From the NCBI RefSeq assembly GCF_009914755.1, contig NC_060940.1: DNA of 64,000 nt. One strand, written 5' to 3'. The DNA is from the human T2T-CHM13v2.0 reference genome, Homo sapiens. Both the position numbers and the translations under genes were made by a program. Positions 42,171 to 55,270 of the stretch are shown here, in pieces. Every line of letters begins with the position of its first letter. The stretch's first letter is position 1. Under the pieces are notes generated by a model. It had not been told where the DNA came from, did not search any database, and saw only the letters and a program-made list of their open reading frames with translations.

Positions 42171-45100
42171 TATTTTTACATTTCTTTTAAATTTTTTAAT
42201 TGATACATTGAATTTGTACATATTTATGGGGTGCAATTTGATGTTTCAACACACATATACAATAATCAAATTATGCTAGTTAACATATTAATCACCTCAT
42301 ACATTTATCATTATTTTTGGTGAGTACATGCAAAGGCTTCTTTTCTAGCTATTTTGTAATATGCAATGTTATATTGTTAACCATAGTAACCCTACTCTAT
42401 AATAGAATAATGGAATAGGAGAACCTCTTTCTCCCATGTAATTGTAACTTTTTGTTCATTGACCCACCTTTCTTTATTCACCCTTCCTCCTCACCTTCTC
42501 AGTCCCTAGAAACCACTGTTCTACTCTCTGCTTCTATGATAGCAACTTTTTCCTTTTCATTTCATATACAACCGAGATCATATGTATTTGTCTTTGTCTG
42601 ATTTACTTCACTTAACATCATGTCCTCCAGGTTTATCTATTTTGTCACAAATGACAGTATTTCATTCTTTTTTATGACTGAATAATATTCATTATTCAAA
42701 ATAAACAACATATTTTTATCCATTCATCATTGGACACTTGATTCTAAATCTTGGCTATTGTAAATAATTTTAAATGTTTAAATAAATACTAAATAGTATT
42801 TATTTAATAGTATTTATTTAAATTTAATAATTTATTAATAATCATTAATTAATAATAATTTTTAATAATTTAATTAAATTTAAATTTAAATTTTTAAATT
42901 AAATTAAAATAATTAAATTAAATTAAAATTTTAATTTAAAATAATTAAATTAAAATTTTAATTTAAAATAATTAAATTAAAATTTAATAATTATTAATAA
43001 TTTATTAAATAAATACTATTAAATACTATTTATTAAATGTTTAAATAAATACTAAACATGGTAGTGCACATATTTCCTCAACATACGGATTTCATTTTTT
43101 AAACATATGCCAAGTAGTGAGATTGCTGGATTATACGGTATTTCAATTTTCAGTTTTTTTTGAGGTACCTCCATACTGTTTTCCACAATGACTACCAATT
43201 TACAATCCTACCAACAGTGTGCAAGTGTTCCTTTTTCTCCACATCTTTGCCAACAGTTGCTATCTGTTGCCTTTTTGATAATAGCTACCCTAACTGCTAT
43301 GAGGTAGAGTCTTATTGTGGTTTTGGTTTTCATTTCCCTGACAATTAGTGATATCGAGCTTTTATTCATATACCTGTTGGCCATTTGTATGACTTTTTTT
43401 TGAAAAATGTCTATTAAGGTCTTTGCCCAATTTTAAATCAGATTTTTATTATTATTATTGAGTTGTTTGGAAATGAATCTTTGCCCAGCCCAACATCATC
43501 AGCATTTCCCCAATGTATTCTTCTAGTTGGTTTATAGTGTGAACTTTTACATTTAAGCCTTTAATTCATTTTGAGTTGGTTTTTGTGCATGGTGAGAAGT
43601 AGGCATCTGGTTTCATTTATCTGTATGTGGATATAAAATTTTTCCAGCACCATTTACTAAAAAGACTCTATTCCCTCTAATGTTGGTTCTTGGCTTTTGT
43701 TAAAAATCATTTGGCTATAGGTGCATGAATTTATTTCTGAGATCTTCATTCTATTCCATTGGTCTATGTATCTGTATATCTTGTTGAGAATATTTGCATC
43801 TGTGCTCATCAGGAATACTGCCCTGTAGTGTTGTTTTGGTTGCTGTGTCCTCATCCGATTTTGGAATCAGAGTAATTCTGGCCTCATAAAGTGAGCTTAG
43901 TTGTATTCCTTCCTCTTCAGTTTTCTGGAGTGGTTTGAGAAAAATTGGTATTAGCTCTTCTTTAAATGTTTGGTAGAATTCAACAGTGAAGCCATCAGGT
44001 TCTAGGCTTTTTTTTTTTTTTTGAAGACATTTTATTACTGAATTAATTTTCTAATTCATTATTGGTCTATATAGAATTTTTACTTCTTCACAATTTAAAA
44101 TTGGTAGGTTGTATATGTTTAGGAATCTATTCATTTCTTATACGTTATAAAATTTGTAGATGTATAGTTGTTTATAATAAACTATTGTGACTCTTGGTAT
44201 TTCTGTGGTGTCCATTGCAGTATCTCTTTTTCTCTGAATTCATCTCTTTGAATATTGTTTTCTTTTTCTTAGTCTACCTAAAAGTGTTTTGATTCTTAAC
44301 ATTTTTTTTTGTAAAAAAAAGAAAAACAACTCTCCATTTTGTTGATCTGGTAATATATTTTTAAGTCTCTATTTCATTTATATTGGCTCTGTGCTTTTTA
44401 TTATTTCCTTCCCTCTATTGATTTTGGGCTTAGTTTCCTTTTATTATTTTTTTTTATTTTCTAATTCCTTGAGGTACATCATTAGGTTGTTTTTCAGAAG
44501 CCTTTTTTTCTTATTAATATAGGCATTTATTTCTATAAACTTATTTTTTTCTGTGTCTCGGAGGTTTCTGTGTTATGTGTTTCCATTCTCATTTGTCTCA
44601 TGAAATTTTTAAGTTTTTTTAAATTTATCACTGGCTTATTGGTTGTTTAGAAGCATGTTTAATTTCCATATCTTTCCAAAGTTTTTCTTGTTTTAATTTT
44701 ATACTTTGTGGTTGGAAAAGATACATGATATGTTCTCTATCTTTTAAAATTTGTTGTGAATTATTTTATGGCCTACCATATGATTTATCTTGGAGAATAT
44801 TCCGTGTGCAGTTGAGAAGAACATGTGCTCTGCAGCTATTAGATAGCATCTTTTGTAAATGCCTATTAGGTCCATATGTTCTATGGTGCAGATGAAGTCC
44901 AATATTTCTTTGTTGAGTTTCTGTTTAAATTATCTGTCCATTGTTGAAAGTGGGGTAAAGTCACCTACTATTATTGTATTGCGGTCTGCTTTTCTCTTTA
45001 GTTCTAGGAATACTTGCCTTATATATTTGGGTGTGCCAGTGTTGGGTGCATATATATTTATAATTGTTACATTCTCTTATTGAAATTATTCCTGTATTAT

Positions 45101-48100
45101 TATATAAGGACCTTTTTTAATCTTTGTTTTTACAGTTTTTGACTTAAAGTCTATTTTATCTGAAATAAGCATGGCTACTTCTGCTTGCTTTTGGTTTACA
45201 TTTTCATGGAATTTCTTTCATCCCTTCACGTTCAGTCTATATTTGTCTTTAGTGGTAAGAGTCTCATCTAAGCTGCATATAATTGGATTTTTTAAAATTT
45301 CATTTTCCAGTCTATATCTTTAAGGGAAATTTAATTCACTTACTTTCAAGATTATTACTGATAGTTCAGGATTTACTCCTGTCATTGTGCTAATTGTTTT
45401 GTCATTGTTTTTTATTTCCTTTGTTTCTTTGTGCATCCTTATTGTTTATCTTTGTGTTTTGGTAATTTTCTGTAGTGATAAGTTTTGATTCCTTTCTATT
45501 TCTCCTATGTGTATGTGCTCTAACAGTGAATTTTATAATTTTGCATGCTTTTATGATGGTGATTATCATATTTTCACATTCAGATATGGGACTCCCTCAA
45601 GCATTTCTTTTCAGGCCAGTCTAGTGCTAATGAGTTTTCTTAGTTTATGCTTGTCTGGAAAAGACTTTTTTTTTCTGCTTTCTTTTCTTCTATCTTTTAA
45701 TTGTTGAAATTAATTCATTTACATTCAAGGTTGTTACTGATAGGTAAAAATTACTTCTGCTATTTTAATTTTTTTCTGGTTATTTTACAGACTCCTTGGT
45801 CTTTTCTTCCTCTCTTGTTTACTTCTGTGGTTTGGTGGTAATGCTGCTATGCTTTCTTTTCTTTTTTTTTCTTATTTGTGCATCTGCTGCAATTTCTTTC
45901 TTTGCAGTTACTATGGAACCAATGTAAAAAGTCCTGTAGTTATAATAAACTGTTTTAAGCTGATAACAACTTAGTTACACAAAAATATTCTAGACTTTTT
46001 ATTTACCTCCCCACAGGTTGTATTTTTGTTGCCTTAATTTACATCTTTTTCTATTATGTCTTCCTTAGCCACTAATTGTAGCCATTGCTTTTATCATTTT
46101 TACTTAAAACTTTCATACGAGAGGATTGCCCTATTCTGGTATTGGTATATTTTGAGTTTGATAATGAATTTATCTCTACTAACGAGTGTTTTGGTTTAAT
46201 GTGTTCTGGTGATAGTAATTATCATCCTTTTATCTCCAGTTGTAGCACTAACTTAAGCATTTCTTATAAGGCCAGTCTAGTGATGATGTACTCCTTCAGC
46301 TTTTATTTCTCTAAGAAGGTCTTCATTTCTTCTTTATTTCTGAAGGACAGCTTTGCTGGGTATAGTATTCTTGACTAAATTTTTTTTTTGGCACTTCGAA
46401 TATATCATTTCATTGTCTCTTGGCCTGTGAGGTTTCTGTTAAGATATCTGATAGTGTAATTAAGATTCCTTATAAATGACTTGATACTTTGCTATTATAG
46501 CTTTTATAATTCTCTCTTTGTCTTTGGATTTTGACAGTTTGATTATAATGTGCCTTAGGATCCTTTTGGGTCTAATCTAATTGGTAAATTTATACTTTTT
46601 GCATCTTAATGTTCATATCACTCCCAAGACTTGAAAATTTTTACCTATTATGTTGTTAGTCTTTCTATGCCTTTTTCTGTCTCTGTTATTCTTAGAAAAC
46701 ATGTTTGCTTAATGGTGTTCCATAAGTTCCATTGGATATCTTCATTACTTTTTAGTTATATTCCCCTCCCTCCCTCCTGGACTGGGTTATTTCAGAACAT
46801 CCTTCTTCACGTTTAAAAATGATTTCTTCTGCTTGATCAAGCCTGTTTTTGAAACTATCAGTTGTATTTTTTAAAATTTCATTCATTAAATTCCTCAGCT
46901 CTAAGATTTATCTTTGGTTCTTTTTCATGATATCTATCTCTGTTGAATTTCTCATTCTGATTATTATTTTTTTCTGATTTTATTGCATTGTTTGTATTCT
47001 TCTGTATCTTTCTGAGTTTCATATTTTGAATTCCTTTTCAGATATTCTATAAATATCCTTTTCTTTTAGGTGTATTACTAAAGTCTTACTATCTTGTTTT
47101 AGTAGTATCATATTTTCTTGTTTTATTATGCTTCTTGTGTCCTTATGTTAATGTCTACACATCTAGTGAAATAGCCTATTTTTTCTATTTGATGGAGTAG
47201 CTTTTGTAGGGAGAGACTTTTTTCCTGTAGAAGGGTCCTAAAATGTCAGTTGAGTATGATGCAGTGGTTTGCTTGTGGGTTTACTAAGCCTGGTTTCCAT
47301 GCAGTTTCTTCAGCCATAATAGTCATCTGTAATGCCTGTGATTTTTCTCAGTGGTCTAGGCTGTGGATTTTGTGACAGTGGTGGTGTGATTTTGCTTGTA
47401 GCTGGGGCACTAGATTGATTGTGGTTTCAGAGTTGTGCAAGATTTATGGGCTGACAGACTCTGCAATAGGCTCTCTGAGGAGGAAAGGCCACCCCTGGAC
47501 TGTAAGTCCAGATATGAAAGGGCATAGGAACAGCAGATCAGGTGGCTGTGCAATAGGATCCCTAGGGAGGCAAGCCACCACCAGACTAGCTGTTAGGCCA
47601 GGCTTGGGTGCACACGCGCATGAGGCCTTGGCTAGCTTTTCAGTGGCTGCCCTACTGTGCTTTTTCATTTGTTCCTCAGTGGAGTAGTGTGCCAAGTGGG
47701 TTTGGACAACAAGGCTCACTTTTATTTTGTTGTTGAGCCTAGACTTCAGTCAGCCATGATTGTGCTGCTATACACTACTGTGTGAATGTCATGGAATAAT
47801 GGTGGGGCCTTTGGGATGAAGATTTAGTGACTACTGATGACCAGTACAGGACATACTCTTAACAGTAGGTTTGGTTTCAAGATGATACTGTGCTGTAGCA
47901 GCTTAGTTCATAGGGGTGAGAGTATGCTTAATATAGGCTCTAACTCTGAGGAAGTGCTGCCATGCAAACTCCCACAACTCTCCAAACTGAATTTGGGGCC
48001 TGAGGACTGGAAGAGTCTCCTTTAGCAAGGATTGCTGACATCTGTGGTGGCAGTGGAGACCTCTAGGGGTCTCTATCTTAGCTTTTTATTGCAATAACAA

Positions 48101-48355
48101 GTACCCCCTGACTCTAAGCCAATTCCAGCAGCGAAGACAATGTGCCACAGTCTGGGTGTCTTCTTTTCTTCTCTACGATGCTAACCTGGAATTCCATGCT
48201 CCATAGGAATTTTGCTACTCCCCTGGTTCTCTCCAGCATACTTCCTCAGTAATTTCAGTCAAGATCTATTTATTTATTTGTTGCTTTGATCTCCTTTATT
48301 ATGTGGTGGGAGATAAGCATCAGGCAACTCCAGTTGGCCACCTTACTGATGTCAC
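42171..48355 (-). mobile_element. Near full-length L1MA (about L1MA4-8) with ~1 kb RT deletion, inserted into the older L1M
   Basis: L1MA 3' UTR at 42.2 kb, ORF2 motifs (43657-43854 ORF), EN region ~45.2 kb, ORF1 ~46.3-47.2 kb, GC-richer 5' UTR to ~48.35 kb; TSD-like agaattttt(tt)aaaat at ~42155 and ~48358. Confidence 0.8.
42770..43056. repeat. AT-rich quasi-palindromic low-complexity insert
   Basis: Almost pure A/T; inverted arms; 24 bp terminal direct repeats. Confidence 0.9.
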
Positions 48356-49222
48356 CTAGAATTTTTAAAATGTTTCTTGTTAAATATATTATCTCTTAAA
48401 TCATTTTTATAAAGAAGTGGAGCTACAAACTGAGGCAATGCAGCTGTGCAAACTCCTGTCAACTCTCAAAACTGAGTGTAACACAAGCTAAAATTGTTAT
48501 AATAATAGTAGTTTTTATAATTGCCCATGGATTTACCTTTATTGCAATCTTTATTTTTTTTAAATGGCTTTGAGTTGCTGTGTAGCATACTGTCATTTCA
48601 CCATGCAGGATTCCCTTCAGCATTTCTTTTAGGGAAGTCCTAGTGGTAGCAAATTTGCTCAGCTTTTTCTAAATCTGGAAATGTCTTAATTTTTTCCTCA
48701 TCTTTGAATAACAGTTTTATTAAATATAAGATTTTTTCTTTTAGCACTTTGAGTATATTAGCTTGCTGCATCATGATTTTAAGTTTCTTGTGAAGAAACT
48801 GCTGATAGCATTATTGAGAATCATTGTATATAATTACTCGCTGTCTGTCTTGTTGCTTTCAAGATTCTTTGTCTTTCTCTTTGTAAATTTTGGTTATAAT
48901 GTATATTGGTGTAGGTCTCTTTGAGGTCATCTTACATGGAATTTGTTGAGCTTCTTGGATTTAATATTCATGTCTCTTATTAAATTTGTTGTGTTTTCAT
49001 CTGTTATTTATTTGAATATTATATTTTCTCCTTTCTTATTTTCTTTTCCTTCTGGGACTCTCAAAATGTGTGTTAGTTCACTTGATGATGTTTCATAGGA
49101 TCCTTAACTTCTGTTAACCTTTTTCAATCTTTGTTCTTTCTTTTCTTTAGATTCAATTTTTATTGTCCTGTTTTCAAGTTCTCTGATTCTTTCTTCTGTC
49201 TGCTCAGTTATGCCTTTGAATC

Positions 49223-49644
49223 TGTTATGGTTTGAACATGGTTTATTTTTCCTCTTCAAATCTAGCATTGAAATTTGATCCCCAATGTTGGATGTCGGGC
49301 CTAATTGCAGGTGTTTGAGTTGTGGGTGTAAATTACTCATCAATGGCTTTGTGCCATTCTCGTGTGCATAAGTTCTCACTCTTGGTTCCCAAAAGAACTG
49401 GCTGTCTTCAAGAGGCTGATTCCTCCTCTTTCCTCTCTTGCCTTCTCTCTCACCATGCAATCTGCCCACACTCATTCCCTTTCCCCTTCTGCCATGAGTG
49501 GAAGCAGCCTGAGATTCCCATCAGAAGCAGATTTTGGCACCCTGCTTCTTGTATAGCATGAAAAAAAATGAGCCAAATAGACTTTTCTTTATAAATTACC
49601 CAGCCTCGAGTACTTCTTTATAGAAACACAAATGGACTAGGACA
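49223..49644 (+). mobile_element. MSTB-like solo LTR
   Basis: tgttatggtttgaac...gaaatttgatccccaatgttgg...aaatggactaggaca; TSD gaatc/aaatc. Confidence 0.85.
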
Positions 49645-50025
49645 AAATCCCATTAGTGAATTTTTTATTTCAGTTATTGTATTTGTCAGCTTCAGAACTT
49701 TATAAAGTTTATTTTTAGGTTTTCTGTCTCTTTATTTCATTTTCTTAACTTCTGCCACATCATTTTTTTAGTTCTTTGAGCATCTTTAAGAGAGTTGCTT
49801 TAAAATTTTGTCTAACAGACTTGCCATTAGTTCTCATTAGGGGTAGTTTCTGTTGATTTCATTTTTCCTTGAAATTGGCAATGCTTGTCTCTTTCTTTAT
49901 AAGACTTGTGAGTTTTTTTAATAAAAGATAGCTGTTTGTATCCGATAATGTAGCGTAATTCTGGAAATCAGATTCTCTTCCTTCCCTAGGGTTTGTGTTT
50001 TTTGTTATTCTTTGTTGTTTTGTAT

Positions 50026-50050
50026 TATTGATTGATTGATTGATTGATTG
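50026..50050. repeat. (ATTG)n
   Basis: Direct reading. Confidence 0.85.
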
Positions 50051-51899
50051 TTGTAGGTTGTCCCTGTGCCAGGATCAGTATGAGGTGTAAACTTAAGATC
50101 CTATCAGCTGTTTTCTGAGTCTGTGACTTTTCCCTGGGTATACACAGTCACTTTCTAATTTTCCCCATGGATGCAGCTGCTTTTGAATGTCCTACTCTTT
50201 AAGGTCTTACTCCTAAAAAGGGAAAAAGGGGAGAAAAAATCCTAGCCCTTTAAATACCCCAAAAGTCATTTCAACGGGAAGGGGAGTGACTTGAAACAAT
50301 GAGGGGAGGTGTGACACAAATGGCTGCCCATCTATTAAATCTCCCTTTATCTGATGAACTTTTGTCTCTGCCTGTCCACAACTAGATCCTGTATCTCTTC
50401 TCTCTGGAAATTAGCTCACCATAGCACTCCTTATTCATTAGCTATGTTTGATTTTTATATTTTCTTGATTTTACTTGGGTTATTTTTGTCTTCTGGTTCT
50501 TTCATACTCTTCCCGGAAGTAGCATTTTTACTTCTGTGCTTTTTGAGGAAAAAAACAAACAAACCATAATCCTACCCAGTCTGGGACCAAGGAACAAAGC
50601 TAGACAAAACACGAATCTCTTAAAATTGAAAGTTTGTATGCTTAATTGGAGAATAACGGAGGTAAATAAATATTTTGATTTATAATTGTTTTGGTGAAGT
50701 GTACATGTTCAGGAATACTCTTCTGTCATTTTTGGTTTATACAATCAAGTTTCAGTTCTTTATGTCTTATAATTATATAATTTTATTACTCATTTACAAA
50801 TACTCTGACATTTCTAAATGGCAGATTTTTCAATAATCAGAAGCTAGTGATGTAATAAGAAACACATTTTTAAAAAGTAACAGGAATCTTAATGTTTCCA
50901 AGGAAACTTAAATAACCAGGGAGATGTTTTAGGAAGTAGCAAAGTTCATTTTGAAAATAGAAATAAAAATAAGAAAAAAAACTTTATTATAAATTTTAAT
51001 AAAGTGACTTTTGAGTGTTTTTCAGTTCTATTAAATATAATTCTAACAAACGACTTCACTCATTTACATGATGAATGACTATTCACATTTAGTTCCTTTA
51101 TTACTTCTAGCAAGGCAGAAAATAGCCCTTTTGCATGCTTCTGTAGAAGTGGATTGTTTTTCCCTTTTCTATGGTTGTATAGGGTTTGCAGTCTCAGAAT
51201 GAAAAGATGACAGCTATTGTGAGTTCCTTAAGTGATAATTAGTTCTCTATGACAGTTTATTATGTTGCCACAGCTTATTAAAGCTCTTCATTTTCATACA
51301 ATTATCAAATTCACCACTGGAAGGCTAACTTCAAAATGGAAATTCGCATGCAGGTGCTAATTCCTTGAAAAAAAGACATGAAAAATTTTGGCTGGTAGGG
51401 TCAAATGGCAGATACAAAAGGGCACATAAGCACATAAGTACACATGTGATTTTCTTTCCTTTTGTTAAAATATTTCCTTGGTTACTACATACCTTCTAGA
51501 AAATAAAATTAAAAGTTTAATCTTCTGAATATTAAGAAATATTGTGAAAGTAATTTTCTCCTCTTGGTTTTCTCTCTATGTGTGTGCATGCGTATACCCA
51601 GCTTTGTGACACCATTAATTACACTGAGGAGCTTTAACATTGCTTAAAGTTTCACAGACTGCCATAATAATTTCTTATATTAAAAAGCTGATACTTTTAA
51701 ATTTCTTTCTGGTTGTAAACTAGAAGAATTAGTAATTTCTAAAACAAAAATAATCAATTTTGGGGAAAAATAATTTTTTATATTTTATGGGAAGATTTAC
51801 TTTCTTGAAGGATTAAATGGAGAACCAGAGTTTAGCTATTAGAAAACTTGAAAAAGTTTTAACTCTTATCCCTTATGATAATGCTTCATTTGCATACAT

Positions 51900-52110
51900 G
51901 ATTTACTATTTATTTATCAAACTTGCGTAGTCCTTATATTTTGCCAAATACTGTTATATGTGTTTAACAAATATTGATGCATTTAATCCTTATAACAATT
52001 GTATGAAAGGTAACTGTTACTACTCTCATTTCACAGATGAGTAGTTGAAGCAGAGAGGTTGTTTATGATGCCACTCAGCCTACAAATGATAAATGTAAGA
52101 TTTGAATCAG
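51900..52110 (-). mobile_element. MIR
   Basis: catttaatccttataacaa...ctcatttcacagatgagtagttgaagcagagagg. Confidence 0.7.
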
Positions 52111-54033
52111 GCAAATTAAAATCTGATTGTTCTGTATAATTCATAAAATTGGGGTACTCCACTGGAACTCTGTCGCTGCTAGATTTATCTTAATCCCTTC
52201 TGTATTCTTTTAAATGGGTTCTTGATATTCATTGACATCTTTTTAAAAACAATATAACGTGAACATTTTCAGTGTGAAATTTTCAGTGTCTGCCTACAGT
52301 TCACAGTATAAATTCTAGCAATTTTGTATATTGTTCATACTCTCTCTTGACAATTGCCAGTATATCCAGTTTATCTATTGTAACTTCCTCTGCCCTCTCC
52401 AAAGTGCCATACTTAAGCACAATAAACCACATACAATTACCAGAACATGTCATGCTTGCATTTGTACTTATGTTTCCTATATTGGAAGCAGCTGATCTCT
52501 ACTTATGCATCTGGGGTGATTCTTTAAGACTCTATTTGAGTACTGCCTTATATGTCAAGCCTTCTTTGAATTATTTAGTGTTCGTGTTTCTTGTTCCCTC
52601 ATGCTGTCATTGTGCCTTGTAGATACCATTAGTAAAATAATGATTAAACATGACTGTCTTTACATAGGGATGTTTTTAACCCCACTCTATAAGATCCTTG
52701 AGGGTGGGAACAAGCCTTTGGTGTCTGCATATATTTTGAATAACTGCTTCATAAATGATGGACATTTCCACAGGTCTATTTTTCCTATGATATATCAGTT
52801 GAGAATGCATTCAGTGGCAAGTAATAACATAAACGGGGGCTAAATATTTTAGTTGGGTGATGTTGATGATTTAGCAGCTCATGTTGTCAAGGCAGGAATT
52901 CTGCTGAAATATATGTGTGTGTGTGTGTGCCTTTGCTTTGTGTTTTTAGCTTATTAGTTGTAAGACAGCTGCCCAGTCCCGACATCACATCCACATTTGG
53001 AACAGAGAGCAGAGACTAGAAAGCAGGGACTAGGTAGCAGTGCCAGCCTAGCAAAATTATGCCAGTATTCTACAGGCAAAATTATATCAGAGGGCCTGAT
53101 CTGTCTTTCAAGAATGCAGACAAATGACTATTTAGCATTTCTAGCTTCTATAACGAACATAGACAAGAAAAAAAAAATTATTGGGAGTGGAAGTTTGGAG
53201 ATCCAAACCTTAATGGAACAGCCATAATTTATACTTCAGTCATTAGGATCTATTTTGTCTACTGTCTTGCAATTTTCAGAATAGTTAATTTTCTTAGAAT
53301 ATACAGAAAGGAAGATATTTCATACCTAGCAATTCCATAAAAGGGACAACCACTGTCATCCTTCCAGGTGAACATTTATTTGTGTCAATTGGTCCAGGCT
53401 TCAAGGCCTGGTGGAAAGAAGACATGGCAGGAGAAATGAGAAAAGTGTCTGTGTGTACGAAGGAATTAGATGCACAGTAGCATAGATAATGGGGCAGATT
53501 CTTTCATTTAATATAATTAACACAATGTCCTGTCCATTGATAACTATAGTATTTTTAATAGTTTGGGGTGGAATACAGCCCAAAATATGCCACATGACAT
53601 TTTTCCTTGAACTCAGCTCTCCTATTGTTTTGGTGGAAGCTCTCTCTTATGTCGTTGGAATAGCAACATTTCTGGTCTTGTCTTTATTCAGCTTGGGAAT
53701 CTCTTTGAGAAGATATCAAAACAGGCATTTCTGTCAACTGACATGAAAACACTGAGTGAAGCAAATTTTCCCATGTAGTTGCCAGTTTACATGGCAACTG
53801 CAAAGGAATTTTCAAGGATTATATCTAAGTCAGTGGTTTGTTCTGCTATAGCATGTGTGGAGAATAAATTCAAAAGCATCTTTGGTATTTTTTAAATTTA
53901 ATTATTTAATTTAATAAATTTAATAATAAAAATAACAATAGCTAATATTTACTGATTATCCATATTTTATGTCATTCACTTTATCTCTTTTAATATAGTA
54001 CTTTGCTTTAAAAACATTCACAACAATTTCATG

Positions 54034-54404
54034 TGATGTGTTTGGCTGTGCCCCCACCCAAATCTCACCTTGAATTGTAGTTCCTATAATCCCCCAAAAT
54101 TATGGGAGAGACCTGGTGAGATGTAATTGAATCGTGGGGGCAGTTACCTCCATGCTACTCTCCTGATAGTGAGTTTTCATGAGATCCAATGGTTTTATAA
54201 GGGGCTTTTCCCTGCCTTCATTCTGCACTTCTCCTTGCTGCCACCACGTGAAGAAGGACGTGTTTGCTCCACCTTCCGCCATCATTGTAAGTTTCCTGAG
54301 GCCTCCCCAGCCATTCTGAACTGTGAGTCAATTAAACCTCTTTCCTTTATAAATCACCCAGTCTTGGGATATCTTTATTAGCACGGTGAGAATGGACTAA
54401 TACA
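54034..54404 (+). mobile_element. THE1C-like solo LTR inside a MIR
   Basis: tgatgtgtttggctgtgcc...gtgaagaaggacgtgtttgc...ggactaataca; TSD tcatg/ccatg. Confidence 0.9.
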
Positions 54405-54531
54405 CCATGGAATGGGAACTATTTTCCATCAATTTTACAGATGCGAAAATTAAGACAATAAGAAATCACTTCCCCAAGATCACAAAAAGTCAAGGAGTAA
54501 AGCTGACCCGAAAGTCCATATTTTATCACAT

Positions 54532-54883
54532 TGTTTTAGTTTCTTGAAGCTGCTCTAGCAAACTGCCACAAATATAGTACGTTAAACAAAAATTTATGCC
54601 CTTATAGCTCTGAAACCACAAATCCGAAACCATAGTGTTAATGGGGGTGCACTGACTCTGGAAGAGCAAGAGACAAATTTGTTTCCTGTTTCTTCCAGCT
54701 TCTGGTGGCTGCAGGCATGTGAAAACTCCCTCTGAGAGGATAAGTCTCACCTGTCGAGGTTCTTAATCATGTTTTTCCCATATAAGGAAATCCTTACTGT
54801 TTTACCATATCAGGTAATATTTACAGGTTCCATGGATTAAGAAGTGAATTCATCTTAGTGAGGCTATTTTTCAGCCTACCACA
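54532..54883 (-). mobile_element. MLT1C-like LTR (internally deleted)
   Basis: tgttttagtttc...cttccagcttctggtggctgc...ttcagcctaccaca; TSD cacat/caaat. Confidence 0.75.
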
Positions 54884-55270
54884 CAAATGCAGTGAAGAAT
54901 CCTCCAATACTGCTAAGAAAGCGCAAGGTCATTCTGTGGAATCTGGTCCATATATATATGCACATTAAAATAGAAAATATATTTCACAGAGGAAAAAGTA
55001 ATGATGGAAATCTAATTTACATAATTAGAATTTTAAAAGTACTACAAGAAACTGTTAGAAAACGATGTCATTTAATTTCTCAGAAAACACAGAGAAAATG
55101 TGCTGCTCCAAATTCCTTACATGAACGAAATGTGACTTTGAGTCAAGCTTGGGCTGTTAAGTGATACAGCATTCATTCCTGTGAACCAATTTGAAGGAAG
55201 ATGGGAGAAAAATAGGGTTATGAAGATCGTGGATGTCTGTAATTGAAAAGGAAGGCATTCTTGAGGTCAC

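Larger units (their letters stand above)
48372..50340 (-). mobile_element. Continuation of the old L1M host: ORF1 and 5' region (interrupted by MSTB)
   Basis: Translation EQTEERIRELENRTIKIESKEKKEQRLKK resembles the L1 ORF1p coiled coil. Confidence 0.75.

Noticed and set aside
49104-49475. 123 aa ORF with coiled-coil C-terminus
   Set aside because: Chance read-through from antisense MSTB into a dead L1 ORF1 fragment
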